In this document: positions 1 through 9,284 of the stretch, in pieces | How positions within the stretch are numbered: the first letter of the stretch is position 1 | How the letters are laid out: every line of letters begins with the position of its first letter | The notes under the pieces: generated by a model | The model's database searches: none | What the model was told of the DNA's origin: nothing | Seen by the model: the letters and a program-made list of their open reading frames with translations, nothing else | Translations under genes and position numbers: made by a program | NCBI GenBank assembly: GCA_023229505.1 | Contig: JALNZD010000010.1 | Span: 25,189-89,188 of the forward strand | Direction: 5' to 3' | Length of the DNA: 64,000 nucleotides | From: Bacteroidales bacterium | GTDB taxonomy: Bacteria > Bacteroidota > Bacteroidia > Bacteroidales > JAGOPY01

Positions 1-456
1 TTCACTTACTGCAGCAAACATATAATTTCCCAGGATGTGAAAACTCCGCGCCGGTTTCATACCCAGGTTCGACACCGTTACAAATGGGGTATCCGGATCA
101 GCCGCATTAATAACAGTTACACCAAATGTAGCCGCAGCTAAATATACTGCACTGTCTTTCATGGCAATTTTACTGGAATAACCCCGGACATACTCGGTGG
201 TTAGTGAAACAATATTCGGATTTTCCGGATCGGCAACGCTGAGAATCAGCAAACCGCCTTCACCTTGCGCTATGTATAGCAAACTGTCCTTTTTCAGAAC
301 ATCCTGCGCATACCCGGAAGTTGGAAAAATTTTGACAATCTTATATCCTCCTGAAATATCATCCGGCACCAATGATTCGGGATCAGTTGGCTTTCCGCAG
401 CCTATAATAAGTAACAAGCCGGACAGTAACCATAAAGACAATTTATTCATATTCAT
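1..456 (-). CDS. Lipoprotein with LVIVD-type beta-propeller repeats (C-terminal part lies beyond the window edge)
   Basis: Absent from the ORF track because it runs off the window. My reverse-complement translation from ATG 456 (or 450) gives MNMNKLSLWLLSGLLLIIGCGKPTDPESLVPDD..., a signal peptide with lipobox IIGC. It continues with GGLLILSVADPENPNIV and GVTVINAADPDTPFV, which fit the LVIVD repeat pattern. The + strand ORF 197..481 is its antisense shadow. Confidence 0.6.
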   Translation of the reverse strand, partial: MNMNKLSLWLLSGLLLIIGCGKPTDPESLVPDDISGGYKIVKIFPTSGYAQDVLKKDSLLYIAQGEGGLLILSVADPENPNIVSLTTEYVRGYSSKIAMKDSAVYLAAATFGVTVINAADPDTPFVTVSNLGMKPARSFHILGNYMFAAVSE

Positions 457-520
457 ATTCTTAATATTTTCTCTTAATTAATTTCTGATAAGATCAGCAA
501 AGGTGCCGGGTTGACCCATT

Positions 521-1720
521 TTAAAATTTCAAATTATATGATATTTTTAATCCAAATTGATTTTGTCGGTAGTCTTTTTCAGCGGATAAATAAACCTGGT
601 TTTCAACGGCACTTGTGTTGGTATCTCGCATGAAATAGTTATAAAACGCAGATAGTTTCAGTGATTTATTCAGTTTTATATTGTAAGTGACCGCCATTTG
701 AAAATTATTGTCCACGCGCCCGGCATGTTCAGGATCCAATTCCAGATAATGTTTTGATGAAAAATATCTTCTCTCGAACTCCAATTCCACATCCAGATCA
801 TGGTCAATCTTTTTAATGGCCGGCAGTTGCCAGGTAATTCCAAAACGGTATCCATCTTCCTCATAAGACGCGTCAGAATCATTGGAATTTTCCCTGGTTT
901 CACCGCGTTCATCATAACCTTTGGCATTCGATGTTAAAAAGTGATAACCTATTTCCAGTTTGAGGTTTTTGAAAACCGTTTGATATAAGTTTACCGCATA
1001 TAAAAAGTTCTTTGAGTCGTATTCCGTGTAATGCTTGTTATAATAATATTTTGAATAATCCATTGATAATTTGACACGGGTATTCTTGAAAAAAGTATTC
1101 TGGATCCAGAAACCAAAATTATCTTTTGAATATCCGAAAGGCACAAATGTTTCCGGGGTATATCCATAAATATCCACCCAGTCATCATCCCGAAAATGGC
1201 GGACATAAAAATCAGGCATGTAGCTGTAAAAAATTTTCAGACTGGCCCGCTTTGTCAAATACTGCTGGAATCCAAGTGTTGCATAATACCAGTTTTTAAT
1301 GCCGTTTACCACATATAAATTATTGTTGAAATCAAAATTAATTTTAGACTTCAAATTCTTGAAAATGCGGAAAGTCGAGGATAGGTCTACTGACTGGAAA
1401 AGGATTACATCGTCATAAGTATCGATATGGAATCGTCCCTGGTCTTCATTATTCAGAAACCTTTCCAGGTATTTATCAGAATATTTCAGGATATTATTAT
1501 CATAAATCGTCGCAAATTGTAATTCTGCTTCAAACTGCATTATTTTTTTACGGCTCTTTTTTTGAGCAAGAGCATCGCTGCCTGAAAAGGAAAATACAAG
1601 TATCAAAAGGAGTAAGTAAATATTACATGGAACGATATTATAATTTAACCTGATGAATTTCACCTGTTTAATTTTTATTTTTTTATTGAAAACGGGATAT
1701 CCTGTTGATCTATTTTTCAA
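521..1720 (-). CDS. Outer-membrane beta-barrel protein, family unknown
   Basis: Hydrophobic signal region (IYLLLLILVFSFSGSDALAQ). Alternating aromatic/polar beta-strand pattern throughout, rich in Y/F/N/D. C-terminal beta-signal ...FGLKISYNLKF ends in Phe. Overlaps the upstream gene by 11 bp, suggesting translational coupling. Confidence 0.6.
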   Translation of the reverse strand: MKNRSTGYPVFNKKIKIKQVKFIRLNYNIVPCNIYLLLLILVFSFSGSDALAQKKSRKKIMQFEAELQFATIYDNNILKYSDKYLERFLNNEDQGRFHIDTYDDVILFQSVDLSSTFRIFKNLKSKINFDFNNNLYVVNGIKNWYYATLGFQQYLTKRASLKIFYSYMPDFYVRHFRDDDWVDIYGYTPETFVPFGYSKDNFGFWIQNTFFKNTRVKLSMDYSKYYYNKHYTEYDSKNFLYAVNLYQTVFKNLKLEIGYHFLTSNAKGYDERGETRENSNDSDASYEEDGYRFGITWQLPAIKKIDHDLDVELEFERRYFSSKHYLELDPEHAGRVDNNFQMAVTYNIKLNKSLKLSAFYNYFMRDTNTSAVENQVYLSAEKDYRQNQFGLKISYNLKF

Positions 1721-2621
1721 GGATTACATCCTTTTTGGGAATTAACATGCGCCCTAACAAAGTGCCTTTATCCTGATCTAAAGGTAAAATTTCATAAATG
1801 TGTTTTCCTTTAGGAACATAAATAACAAATTCACGGGCTGTACCGGGAATTAACTCTTTAACGTCTTTATATACAGCGATTTCCGACAGCTTACTGTTTA
1901 ACTGGTAGGTATTTAAAACGATGCCATTTTCCTTCACCTGAACCCGGTAATTAATTCTCCCTTTCATCTGATATTGATTTTCTGTACGGGTTAGCACGCG
2001 CAATTCAGTTGGCCCGTTTATTTCAACTTTCAAATGTTTTTCCATGGAAAAGCGATAATATGCTGTAGTAGTTTCCCTGGAAATTAAATCAACGGGTTCT
2101 GACGGTTGCATGGGAGAAAAGGCCAGCCATTCCTGCTTTTTAACTTTAGTTGGTGTAAAAATATACCGGGCTGAAACATTCACCAGGTTTTCTTTAAGTT
2201 TAAATTCAATGGTGTGATTGCCGCGTAAAAGCTCAATTTCAAAAGATTTAAGCTGAGCCGGTACCCCAAATGTTCCATCTGAAAAAGTGGCCTCTTTTGA
2301 GCGTGCAACCGAACTATTCGTGACACTTTTCTGCACTCCGCCATCCACAGTATATAATATTGCATATTTTATTAAGTCCCCTTCTCCGGGCTTAAACTGT
2401 CCCCGGGTATTTACCTTCAACATTCCCGGTCCCTGGATAGTTATTATTGAGGGCTCCACAGTACTTAATGAATAATAATTCCTGGTTTTACCAGATATTA
2501 CAGTCGTTACCTTTTTTTGAAAATTAGTTGGTTTCAGGTGCATGGGTTTCCCGCCGGATTGTGCCATTGTGCCGAAACTAAATAAAAATAAAATCAACAA
2601 AACTAAATGGATCTTTTTCAT
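1710..2621 (-). CDS. Secreted protein made of two tandem homologous ~125-aa domains, function unknown
   Basis: Signal peptide MKKIHLVLLILFLFSFGTMAQ. The two halves align by eye: YYSLSTVEPSIITIQGPGMLKVNTRG...GNHTIEFKL versus YYRFSMEKHLKVEINGPTELRVLTRT...GKHIYEILPL. Confidence 0.55.
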   Translation of the reverse strand: MKKIHLVLLILFLFSFGTMAQSGGKPMHLKPTNFQKKVTTVISGKTRNYYSLSTVEPSIITIQGPGMLKVNTRGQFKPGEGDLIKYAILYTVDGGVQKSVTNSSVARSKEATFSDGTFGVPAQLKSFEIELLRGNHTIEFKLKENLVNVSARYIFTPTKVKKQEWLAFSPMQPSEPVDLISRETTTAYYRFSMEKHLKVEINGPTELRVLTRTENQYQMKGRINYRVQVKENGIVLNTYQLNSKLSEIAVYKDVKELIPGTAREFVIYVPKGKHIYEILPLDQDKGTLLGRMLIPKKDVILEK

Positions 2622-2679
2622 ATGCCTTATATTTTATTAAAGATTTTACCATTTTTATAAATTGTTCCCTTGCATAATA

Positions 2680-3837
2680 CTACAAACCAGGCATGTCCTC
2701 ATGATCATCCTTATCTGGGTTTTGATAATCAGGCACGGCTGCTACGTCTGTTCCAAGGCGATGGTGCTTTTTCTCACTTATATAAATAAAAATAATCACC
2801 GTAACTAAAATCAATGTGGCAAATGCTGTGACAACGACGTTATATTTTTTTTGTATAAAAATGCCCCCCTCTCCCGGATCCGGCAGTGGAACCGGGTTAA
2901 CGGGCAATCCATACTTTGCAAGTATTTGGTCTAGATTCAGAATATGAATAATCGGGATTCCTTTCTGACCCATTTGAATGATAACACCACGAAGCGGAAA
3001 GTTACTCATGGGCAAATGCTCCGTTAGCCCTGAGGGAATTAGCTGACCGTTAATAGTATTCCCCAGGCTGGCAATTCCGCCACCAACATTAATAAATGCT
3101 TTAATTGGTTGCCCCTGGCTGAATTTTTCATAAATTTCCATTCGTCTTGCTATACAATTTTCAAGATGTTTTTCATTAATGAATTCAACATTATTCCTTT
3201 CTATGGCTTTTACAATCAAATCGCGTCCTTCCGGGCTTAATCCGCGACCAAGGTCATTACCACCACCGATAGAAGCGGCAACTGACTTGATGTGAAAAAT
3301 GTTTGATTTGTTTAATATGTTTTCCATATCCAGCCAGGTAAAGTATGGATCATTTGCACCATAGTTGGACGAACCTACCGAAGTGATCACTATCGGCCTT
3401 AATTTCAAAGTTTGCAGCGCTGCTAACACAGAGATATTTAAACCGGGAAAAGATCCGGAAAAAGCTACGGCAACATTATCATTATCATTTAAACCGGCAT
3501 CTTTTAATAATTGCACAATCACCGCTGCAAAATTCGGATTTGTTGCTGACAGCTTTGACTCAATTAATCCCTGATCGGTAGTAATCAGTGAATATTCCTG
3601 GCCAATCAATGCAGTTTGATTCGGGTCGTTTATTTCATCAATGAAAACGCCATTTTCCAGGCGGTAGCTTTTCAGGCGATTGGCCGCTGATTGGGAAAGT
3701 TGAGCAGCTTCAAGTTTCTCGATGTACCAGTCCTGCTTAACATCCATTTTGCCATTTTCAACCGCAATAAAGGCAAATAATGATAATAGAGATAAGAGAC
3801 TTAAAACTATGTTGGATTTTGCTCTGAATTTATACAT
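2680..3837 (-). CDS. Bitopic accessory protein of the poly-gamma-glutamate locus, occupying the PgsA position
   Basis: Lies 14 bp downstream of pgsC, where PgsA/CapA is normally found. An N-terminal TM (IVLSLLSLLSLFAFIAV) and a C-terminal TM (VVVTAFATLILVTVIIFIYI) flank a ~300-aa extracytoplasmic domain. I saw no CapA-like metallophosphatase motifs. Position and architecture recall the TIGRFAMs 'poly-gamma-glutamate system protein' family; this is from memory and was not searched. Confidence 0.55.
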   Translation of the reverse strand: MYKFRAKSNIVLSLLSLLSLFAFIAVENGKMDVKQDWYIEKLEAAQLSQSAANRLKSYRLENGVFIDEINDPNQTALIGQEYSLITTDQGLIESKLSATNPNFAAVIVQLLKDAGLNDNDNVAVAFSGSFPGLNISVLAALQTLKLRPIVITSVGSSNYGANDPYFTWLDMENILNKSNIFHIKSVAASIGGGNDLGRGLSPEGRDLIVKAIERNNVEFINEKHLENCIARRMEIYEKFSQGQPIKAFINVGGGIASLGNTINGQLIPSGLTEHLPMSNFPLRGVIIQMGQKGIPIIHILNLDQILAKYGLPVNPVPLPDPGEGGIFIQKKYNVVVTAFATLILVTVIIFIYISEKKHHRLGTDVAAVPDYQNPDKDDHEDMPGL

Positions 3838-3851
3838 TGATCTTTTTTAAT

Positions 3852-4304
3852 TTATTGAGGTAACAACGCCCCCATGAAAAGCAATATCAGGATTAACCGC
3901 ACCAGCACAGAAGAAACAAATAATACGCTGATAGTCTTCAAAACTCCCTGCTTTGCGAACCAATGAGCAATTAAACCGGGAACTACCCAGCCGACTGCCT
4001 GAAGTTCCAGCGTAGTGCTAGCTAAATCAATCGTTAAGAAATACCGTGAAAAATTAGCTAATAAACAGCCAATCAACAAACTGAGCACCATTTGACGGCG
4101 GCCGTAAAGGAAAGTATAATTCCCTAAAACTTTTATAATTAAATAAGTAAGTAAACTCACACCCAGAGTCCCTGCAAGCCGGTCGGGGTGCGAAAGCTGC
4201 AGCGCTATATAACCCGGTACAACGATACCTCCGGCAGCAATTCCAAAAACTTCGTAGGAAAACAAACTTAAAATTAAGCCTAATGTAATTGCTAATTCAA
4301 TCAT
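3852..4304 (-). CDS. pgsC: Poly-gamma-glutamate biosynthesis membrane protein PgsC/CapC
   Basis: 150 aa with 4-5 TM segments. Aligns by eye with B. subtilis PgsC, e.g. GIVVPGYIALQL versus GLVVPGYLALVF, YGRRQM versus YGRRKF, and VVPGLIAHW versus IVPGLIANT. Sits directly after pgsB. Confidence 0.85.
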   Translation of the reverse strand: MIELAITLGLILSLFSYEVFGIAAGGIVVPGYIALQLSHPDRLAGTLGVSLLTYLIIKVLGNYTFLYGRRQMVLSLLIGCLLANFSRYFLTIDLASTTLELQAVGWVVPGLIAHWFAKQGVLKTISVLFVSSVLVRLILILLFMGALLPQ

Positions 4305-4308
4305 TTTT

Positions 4309-5487
4309 CTAATAACTTCTGTGTTTAAAAAATTCAGCTGTTTCTGCGCCCATGCCTCCCATATTGCCTATAGCAATAATAGTGGACATTTTTTCAGTCA
4401 CAGATAATACCTTTTCAAAAACCTTCTCAGGTGTCGTATAGCCTAAATTTAATATCTTTTTCTTCGGTAAACCGTAATTAATTGCCATATTTTCTACAAC
4501 ATCAGTTGATTGACCGATCAGTATCAAATAGTCTGTTTCATCTTCTAATTTCGTGCCTGCCATTTCTGCCAGTTGACGAGCCCGGTAAAGCCGATCTTGC
4601 CGGGTGTTCAAAAGCACTATTCGCAAGCCCTCAAAACCGATTTCACCCCTGATTTTCTGCCAGATTATAAACGTGGAATCAGGATCGTTGGCTGCGAATG
4701 CGTTGTAAAAAACAAGTCGTTTGTGAAATGCTTCAACCCTGTAAGCCATTAATGCACCGGCATCAGGAATAGCCTGGTACATTCCCTTCAATGCCGTTTC
4801 GCGGTCAATTTCCAGATGTTGACAAACCGCCAACGCTAAAGATACATTTTCACGATGCTCTATATACCTGAATCCTTTCATTTCTTCAGGAGATACTGAT
4901 TGCGGATCAATAAAATGTGAAACCGTATTTCGCTCATCCGCCATTTTTTTCAGCGTCTGTGGTATTACATTTTCGGAAGTAAAAAGGTGTTCATTTTTAG
5001 GAATTGTGCGCCCAAGTGTATCAGCGATTTCCGGCAAGGTATGTCCCATAACATCCGTATGATCTAACCTGATATTAGTCATTACACCTATATTGGAATG
5101 TATCATATGATGTTCAGTAATCGTCTGATATTGGGGTTGTAAAGCCATACATTCCATTACTAATGCCTGCACTTTTCGCGAAGCGGCATATTTCACTATG
5201 GACAATTGTTCTAAGATATTGGCAGCCGTTTTACGGTGGATGTAAGTTTCGGTACCGTCTTCATTAATCAAACGGGGAAATGTACCCGTAACTTTGGTAA
5301 TGTTTGAAATTCCACCCGCTCTCAAACCGGCACCGATTAAACGGGTAACACTTGACTTACCCCTGGTGCCATTAATATGAATTCGGATTGGAATTGAATA
5401 AACCCGTTCCTGATGACGGAAATATTCAATAATACCCGCAACTACAGCAATAATTATTATGGCCAGTAAAATGTAAAAGCTATACAT
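4309..5487 (-). CDS. pgsB: Poly-gamma-glutamate synthase PgsB/CapB (Mur-ligase-like amide ligase)
   Basis: N-terminal TM followed by IHINGTRGKSSVTRL (P-loop, compare B. subtilis VNINGIRGKSTVTRL). Also ECMALQPQYQ versus ECMAVNPDYQ, LDHTDVMGHTLPEIA versus EDHMDVMGPTLDEIA, and FAANDPDST versus FAANDASST. The similarity is colinear over the full length. Confidence 0.9.
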   Translation of the reverse strand: MYSFYILLAIIIIAVVAGIIEYFRHQERVYSIPIRIHINGTRGKSSVTRLIGAGLRAGGISNITKVTGTFPRLINEDGTETYIHRKTAANILEQLSIVKYAASRKVQALVMECMALQPQYQTITEHHMIHSNIGVMTNIRLDHTDVMGHTLPEIADTLGRTIPKNEHLFTSENVIPQTLKKMADERNTVSHFIDPQSVSPEEMKGFRYIEHRENVSLALAVCQHLEIDRETALKGMYQAIPDAGALMAYRVEAFHKRLVFYNAFAANDPDSTFIIWQKIRGEIGFEGLRIVLLNTRQDRLYRARQLAEMAGTKLEDETDYLILIGQSTDVVENMAINYGLPKKKILNLGYTTPEKVFEKVLSVTEKMSTIIAIGNMGGMGAETAEFFKHRSY

Positions 5488-5501
5488 TGTCCTGTTTAAG
5501 A

Positions 5502-8500
5502 TTACCTCAAAATGAACATTTTCCGGGTTCCTGTAAAACCTTCCGTCTGGAGATGATAGAAATAGATGCCTGAACTCACAGTATTTCCTGCGTTATTCTG
5601 CCCATTCCATTCCACTGAATATTTACCTGCCAGCTGTTTTCCGTTTTGAAGCGTGCGCACCAACTCCCCTTTAATGTTAAAAATATTAAGTGATACATTA
5701 CATTTTTCAGGTAATGAATAGTTTATCCAGGTATGAGAATAAAAAGGATTTGGTTGATTTTGCTCTAATACAAAACCACTGTGAGTAAGTATATTCCCTT
5801 CTTTGTCATCCTCAATGGATGTTATTATTGAAACAAAGGGCGGTTCGGTAGTGATTTTTATAGCGAATTCATTCTTTAATTCAGAAGCCGTAGGATCATA
5901 ATTTGCATTATAAACATATTGCAAACCAATATCCTGCGAATGGTTTTCTATACCAATTGTGCAACTTTGAGGGGCCTTAATTTGTTTATATTGAAAAATA
6001 ATTTCGCCATCTCCCGTTATAGTAGGATAATAGTCAGGATCTAATAAGATCGACTGGAAATCCTCTATATTGGGCTCAGTCCCAAAATCATTACGCGCGA
6101 TACTATCCCACTCAATAATGTAACGGTGGTTTTCATTATCATAATAATAAAGAATTTTACCTTCTATTGTTCCGCTATCATATAAATCATCCCAGAAACC
6201 TGCCACCATGCAATTTACATTATCATTGTTCGGCAGGGGAGTATTTAAAGGGGCTGTTTGTGCACCACTGCCTAATGCTATCCATCCATCCGTACTAATC
6301 CGAAGTTGATAATAATCAATGCCGTAGTATTTAAAAGTAAACGGCAAGTTTACTGTTTCTGTATAATCACCTGTACCTATGCCGGGAATATTTAATGGGT
6401 TACCAAGTCCATCTATTTCAAACCAATCATAATCAGGCGCCTGATCAAAAAAATCATCGCTGGAGTAAGCATAGTAGCCGTAAGCGTCAGGTCCTGTATA
6501 ATCGGATTGTATGGGTAATGAAACCGGAATATAAAGAGTTGGAATTATTTGGTAAGGATAATTTCCATCCTGCGTGTAAAGCTTTAATGAATAATCAGCT
6601 AAATATTGAGTCGGACAGGCTGCGCTTACACTAACCACGAAATAATTATCCGTATTCAGAGCTACGCTGTCGATGTCAACTGTTCCGTATGTACCAATGG
6701 AATCTACAATTGTGATATATGGGTCGTCGCTTGACAAAATACCCATTACATCGGGAGCAACATCCTCGCCTTCATTCATAATTGAAATGAATAACATGAC
6801 GGTCTCTCCGGGGTCCATCCTATAATTTGCATTTGGAGAACCTGCATCATTTATCATAAAATTATTAACCACCAACTTGCATCCCTTTACTTCCACATTA
6901 TAATAATAGTCCCATGCATTGAAACTGCTGATAATATGTAATTGCAGCGGAATTACCTGGCCTACCGGACAATCAGGGCTCACGTAAAACTGAAACGGAT
7001 TTCCGGTAAAAGTAGCGCCAGAAGCCAGATTACCATAACTTACCGGACCGGTAGTGATTATTTGCAAATAATCCGGGTCGGATGAATAAAGAACAGCCAT
7101 AACATCACTGGCAGTTTGGCTTCCCCAATTTTTAAGGGTAAACGTAATATTACAATTTTCATTGGGATTTACCAGTCCATCTGTATTCCCGTCTAAATCC
7201 ACAATTAAGGGATTGCCATCCGGCTCAACCAGCTCTGCGGGTTGGAGGACCTCTATAGTATCCTGGAAAGGAATCACATTTCCCCCACGCACGGTGACCG
7301 TCAATGTGTCCGGCAATACGGGTAAAATGTCAAGAATTACTTTGCCATCCGGGCCGCAAAAACCGGTAGCAAAAATTTCATCTCCGGCTAAACAAACCTG
7401 GGCATTTTCAACAGGATCTCCGGATGAAGCAAAGGTTACTGTCAATTCCACCTGGTTAGGCCCAACCATAATGGAATCCGGATATTCTAAATTCACCGCC
7501 TTTGGAACATCCTTCCATATATGTATGCTGGGATCCCCTAAAACACAATATATTTTATAGTGATATTCTACATAGTATTCATTCCCAAAAACATTGTACA
7601 TGTAAAGTTTTCCCCGCAGCAGAGCCTCCCCTGGAGTGTCCATCCCTTCCTGGAACATTCCTATATAGATGCCCATGTCTATCATGTTGTTATATGTGGT
7701 ATGAGTGTTAGAAGTAGGCCCGACAAAAGCAACGCCACCTCTTGGACTGGTTAATGAACCTTCTTCAACCCATTCTTCTCCAAAACAATTACCTCCTCCG
7801 GCGTCAAACATTGTAACGCCACAGCCAATACTGGTCACAAAAGTAAATTTCTGACCATTGTTCAGGCCGGAAACATCTGAAGTAAAAAAGTTGTAACAAC
7901 TTGCCTGCCATCCACTGCTCCAACCTTCGCCGCGATAGTTCAGATAGCTTCGCCCCTCATTGATTGCAGTGATAATATCATTTAGATCTACGGTGCAACC
8001 CTGTCCCCACCAATCTCCATCACTCATCAGGGTATCCACGGAAGTGAAACCCCCATTCTGCAGCATTACACTGGCTGCAAACCGTTTGGTTTGTACTTGT
8101 GATGCATATGCATTATTTGAACAAACGGTTCCTTTCTTAAACCAGGCTGTATTGGCAGTATAAGGATTTTTTTCGTAAAGCATAAATTTATTGATCATTA
8201 CCTGCATGCGGTAATCACCCTCGTTGGTAAAACGTCCTATCATCATTTCGGGGAAATAATCCAATCCATCTATCTCAACAAAATAATCTTCATTTGGGAA
8301 TGAATAGTCGGGATAAGTCACGATTTTTTTAGGAAATACGCCGTCATCGCCTACTATTAAAACGTACGTTGGCGGATACTCCCAATTATGATAGCAATCG
8401 GCGATATAGCTTTTCATGATATAGGGATTATTGGGGTTCCCGCCAATGTCGCTGAATTTGGTTACGTGCACGTCATAGCCGCTTTGACGCTTCCAATCTG

Positions 8501-9284
8501 CATAAATCTGAAAGCTTGCAACAAAGATATCCGGCATAATGCATAACAGGACTTCACGTCCGTCTTCCCTGCCCCCATAATGGTTATTCAATTCCTCCTG
8601 GTAATTAAAAATGAAACTGCGGTAAAGTTTTGCGAAAGAAGGTGCAATTGCTTTATTTGAGGCAGTTCTTGGATTCACAACCTCATCATGTCCGTAATTG
8701 ATCCGGACAGTGATAGAGGAAACTACCTGTAACTCCTTTTTAGCGGGAACATAGCGAACTGGGAAAACAGATATACGGGCAATGCGAAAATCACGGAAAA
8801 CAGCCGGCGGTTCCAGTTTGGCAATTTCTTTCGGGTAAACCTTTTCAGATCTGTAAGCATCTCTGTTTTCCAAATAAGGAGGTTCTGTTTCGCCTTCCAG
8901 CCAACTTGATCGCGCTGGTGGTAAATAAATATCTCTGAATGTCTGAACCTTTCCTGTTTCTAATACTTCAACTGAAATACCAGCCTGGTCAGGTATTGCC
9001 AATACTTTAGCAATATACGGCAATGCAGGATAACCGGGGTCTGCAGAGAACATTTCTGACAGTAAATCCACGGCCTGGAATGTTTTGTCTTCTGAAATGA
9101 ATTCCTTCAGATCGAATCCGGATATTTCAATTTTAATAACGGTGCTATTATTATCATCCCTGAGTAATGTAATTTTCGGAGGCGTATTGGATGTTTTGGT
9201 TTTATCCAGCGGTATCCATTCAGCATTCATTTGGAATGGGACTAATACTGAAATTAGTACTACAAGTAAAGCATTTTTTAACAT
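5502..9284 (-). CDS. C25 (gingipain)-family multidomain surface protein with T9SS C-terminal sorting domain; catalytic His apparently substituted
   Basis: Signal peptide and gingipain-type propeptide region. The catalytic-domain core aligns with RgpB: YLNYRGEGWSSGW versus LANYTGHGSETAW, FVTSIGCGVTMFD versus FIFDVACVNGDF, and VLGDPSIHIW versus VFGDPSLLV. Downstream are Ig/CARDB-like repeats and an FTFKYYG...ISTDGWIALG module. The C-terminal ~80 aa (NQPNPFYSHTWINYSL...GIYFYHLQTEGFTGTRKMFILR) is typical of Por/T9SS sorting domains. Confidence 0.85.
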   Translation of the reverse strand: MLKNALLVVLISVLVPFQMNAEWIPLDKTKTSNTPPKITLLRDDNNSTVIKIEISGFDLKEFISEDKTFQAVDLLSEMFSADPGYPALPYIAKVLAIPDQAGISVEVLETGKVQTFRDIYLPPARSSWLEGETEPPYLENRDAYRSEKVYPKEIAKLEPPAVFRDFRIARISVFPVRYVPAKKELQVVSSITVRINYGHDEVVNPRTASNKAIAPSFAKLYRSFIFNYQEELNNHYGGREDGREVLLCIMPDIFVASFQIYADWKRQSGYDVHVTKFSDIGGNPNNPYIMKSYIADCYHNWEYPPTYVLIVGDDGVFPKKIVTYPDYSFPNEDYFVEIDGLDYFPEMMIGRFTNEGDYRMQVMINKFMLYEKNPYTANTAWFKKGTVCSNNAYASQVQTKRFAASVMLQNGGFTSVDTLMSDGDWWGQGCTVDLNDIITAINEGRSYLNYRGEGWSSGWQASCYNFFTSDVSGLNNGQKFTFVTSIGCGVTMFDAGGGNCFGEEWVEEGSLTSPRGGVAFVGPTSNTHTTYNNMIDMGIYIGMFQEGMDTPGEALLRGKLYMYNVFGNEYYVEYHYKIYCVLGDPSIHIWKDVPKAVNLEYPDSIMVGPNQVELTVTFASSGDPVENAQVCLAGDEIFATGFCGPDGKVILDILPVLPDTLTVTVRGGNVIPFQDTIEVLQPAELVEPDGNPLIVDLDGNTDGLVNPNENCNITFTLKNWGSQTASDVMAVLYSSDPDYLQIITTGPVSYGNLASGATFTGNPFQFYVSPDCPVGQVIPLQLHIISSFNAWDYYYNVEVKGCKLVVNNFMINDAGSPNANYRMDPGETVMLFISIMNEGEDVAPDVMGILSSDDPYITIVDSIGTYGTVDIDSVALNTDNYFVVSVSAACPTQYLADYSLKLYTQDGNYPYQIIPTLYIPVSLPIQSDYTGPDAYGYYAYSSDDFFDQAPDYDWFEIDGLGNPLNIPGIGTGDYTETVNLPFTFKYYGIDYYQLRISTDGWIALGSGAQTAPLNTPLPNNDNVNCMVAGFWDDLYDSGTIEGKILYYYDNENHRYIIEWDSIARNDFGTEPNIEDFQSILLDPDYYPTITGDGEIIFQYKQIKAPQSCTIGIENHSQDIGLQYVYNANYDPTASELKNEFAIKITTEPPFVSIITSIEDDKEGNILTHSGFVLEQNQPNPFYSHTWINYSLPEKCNVSLNIFNIKGELVRTLQNGKQLAGKYSVEWNGQNNAGNTVSSGIYFYHLQTEGFTGTRKMFILR

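Noticed and set aside
197-481. 94-aa + strand ORF at the left edge
   Set aside because: It is antisense to a much better minus-strand reading frame that encodes a lipobox signal peptide and LVIVD repeats. The + strand translation is low-complexity and has no motifs.
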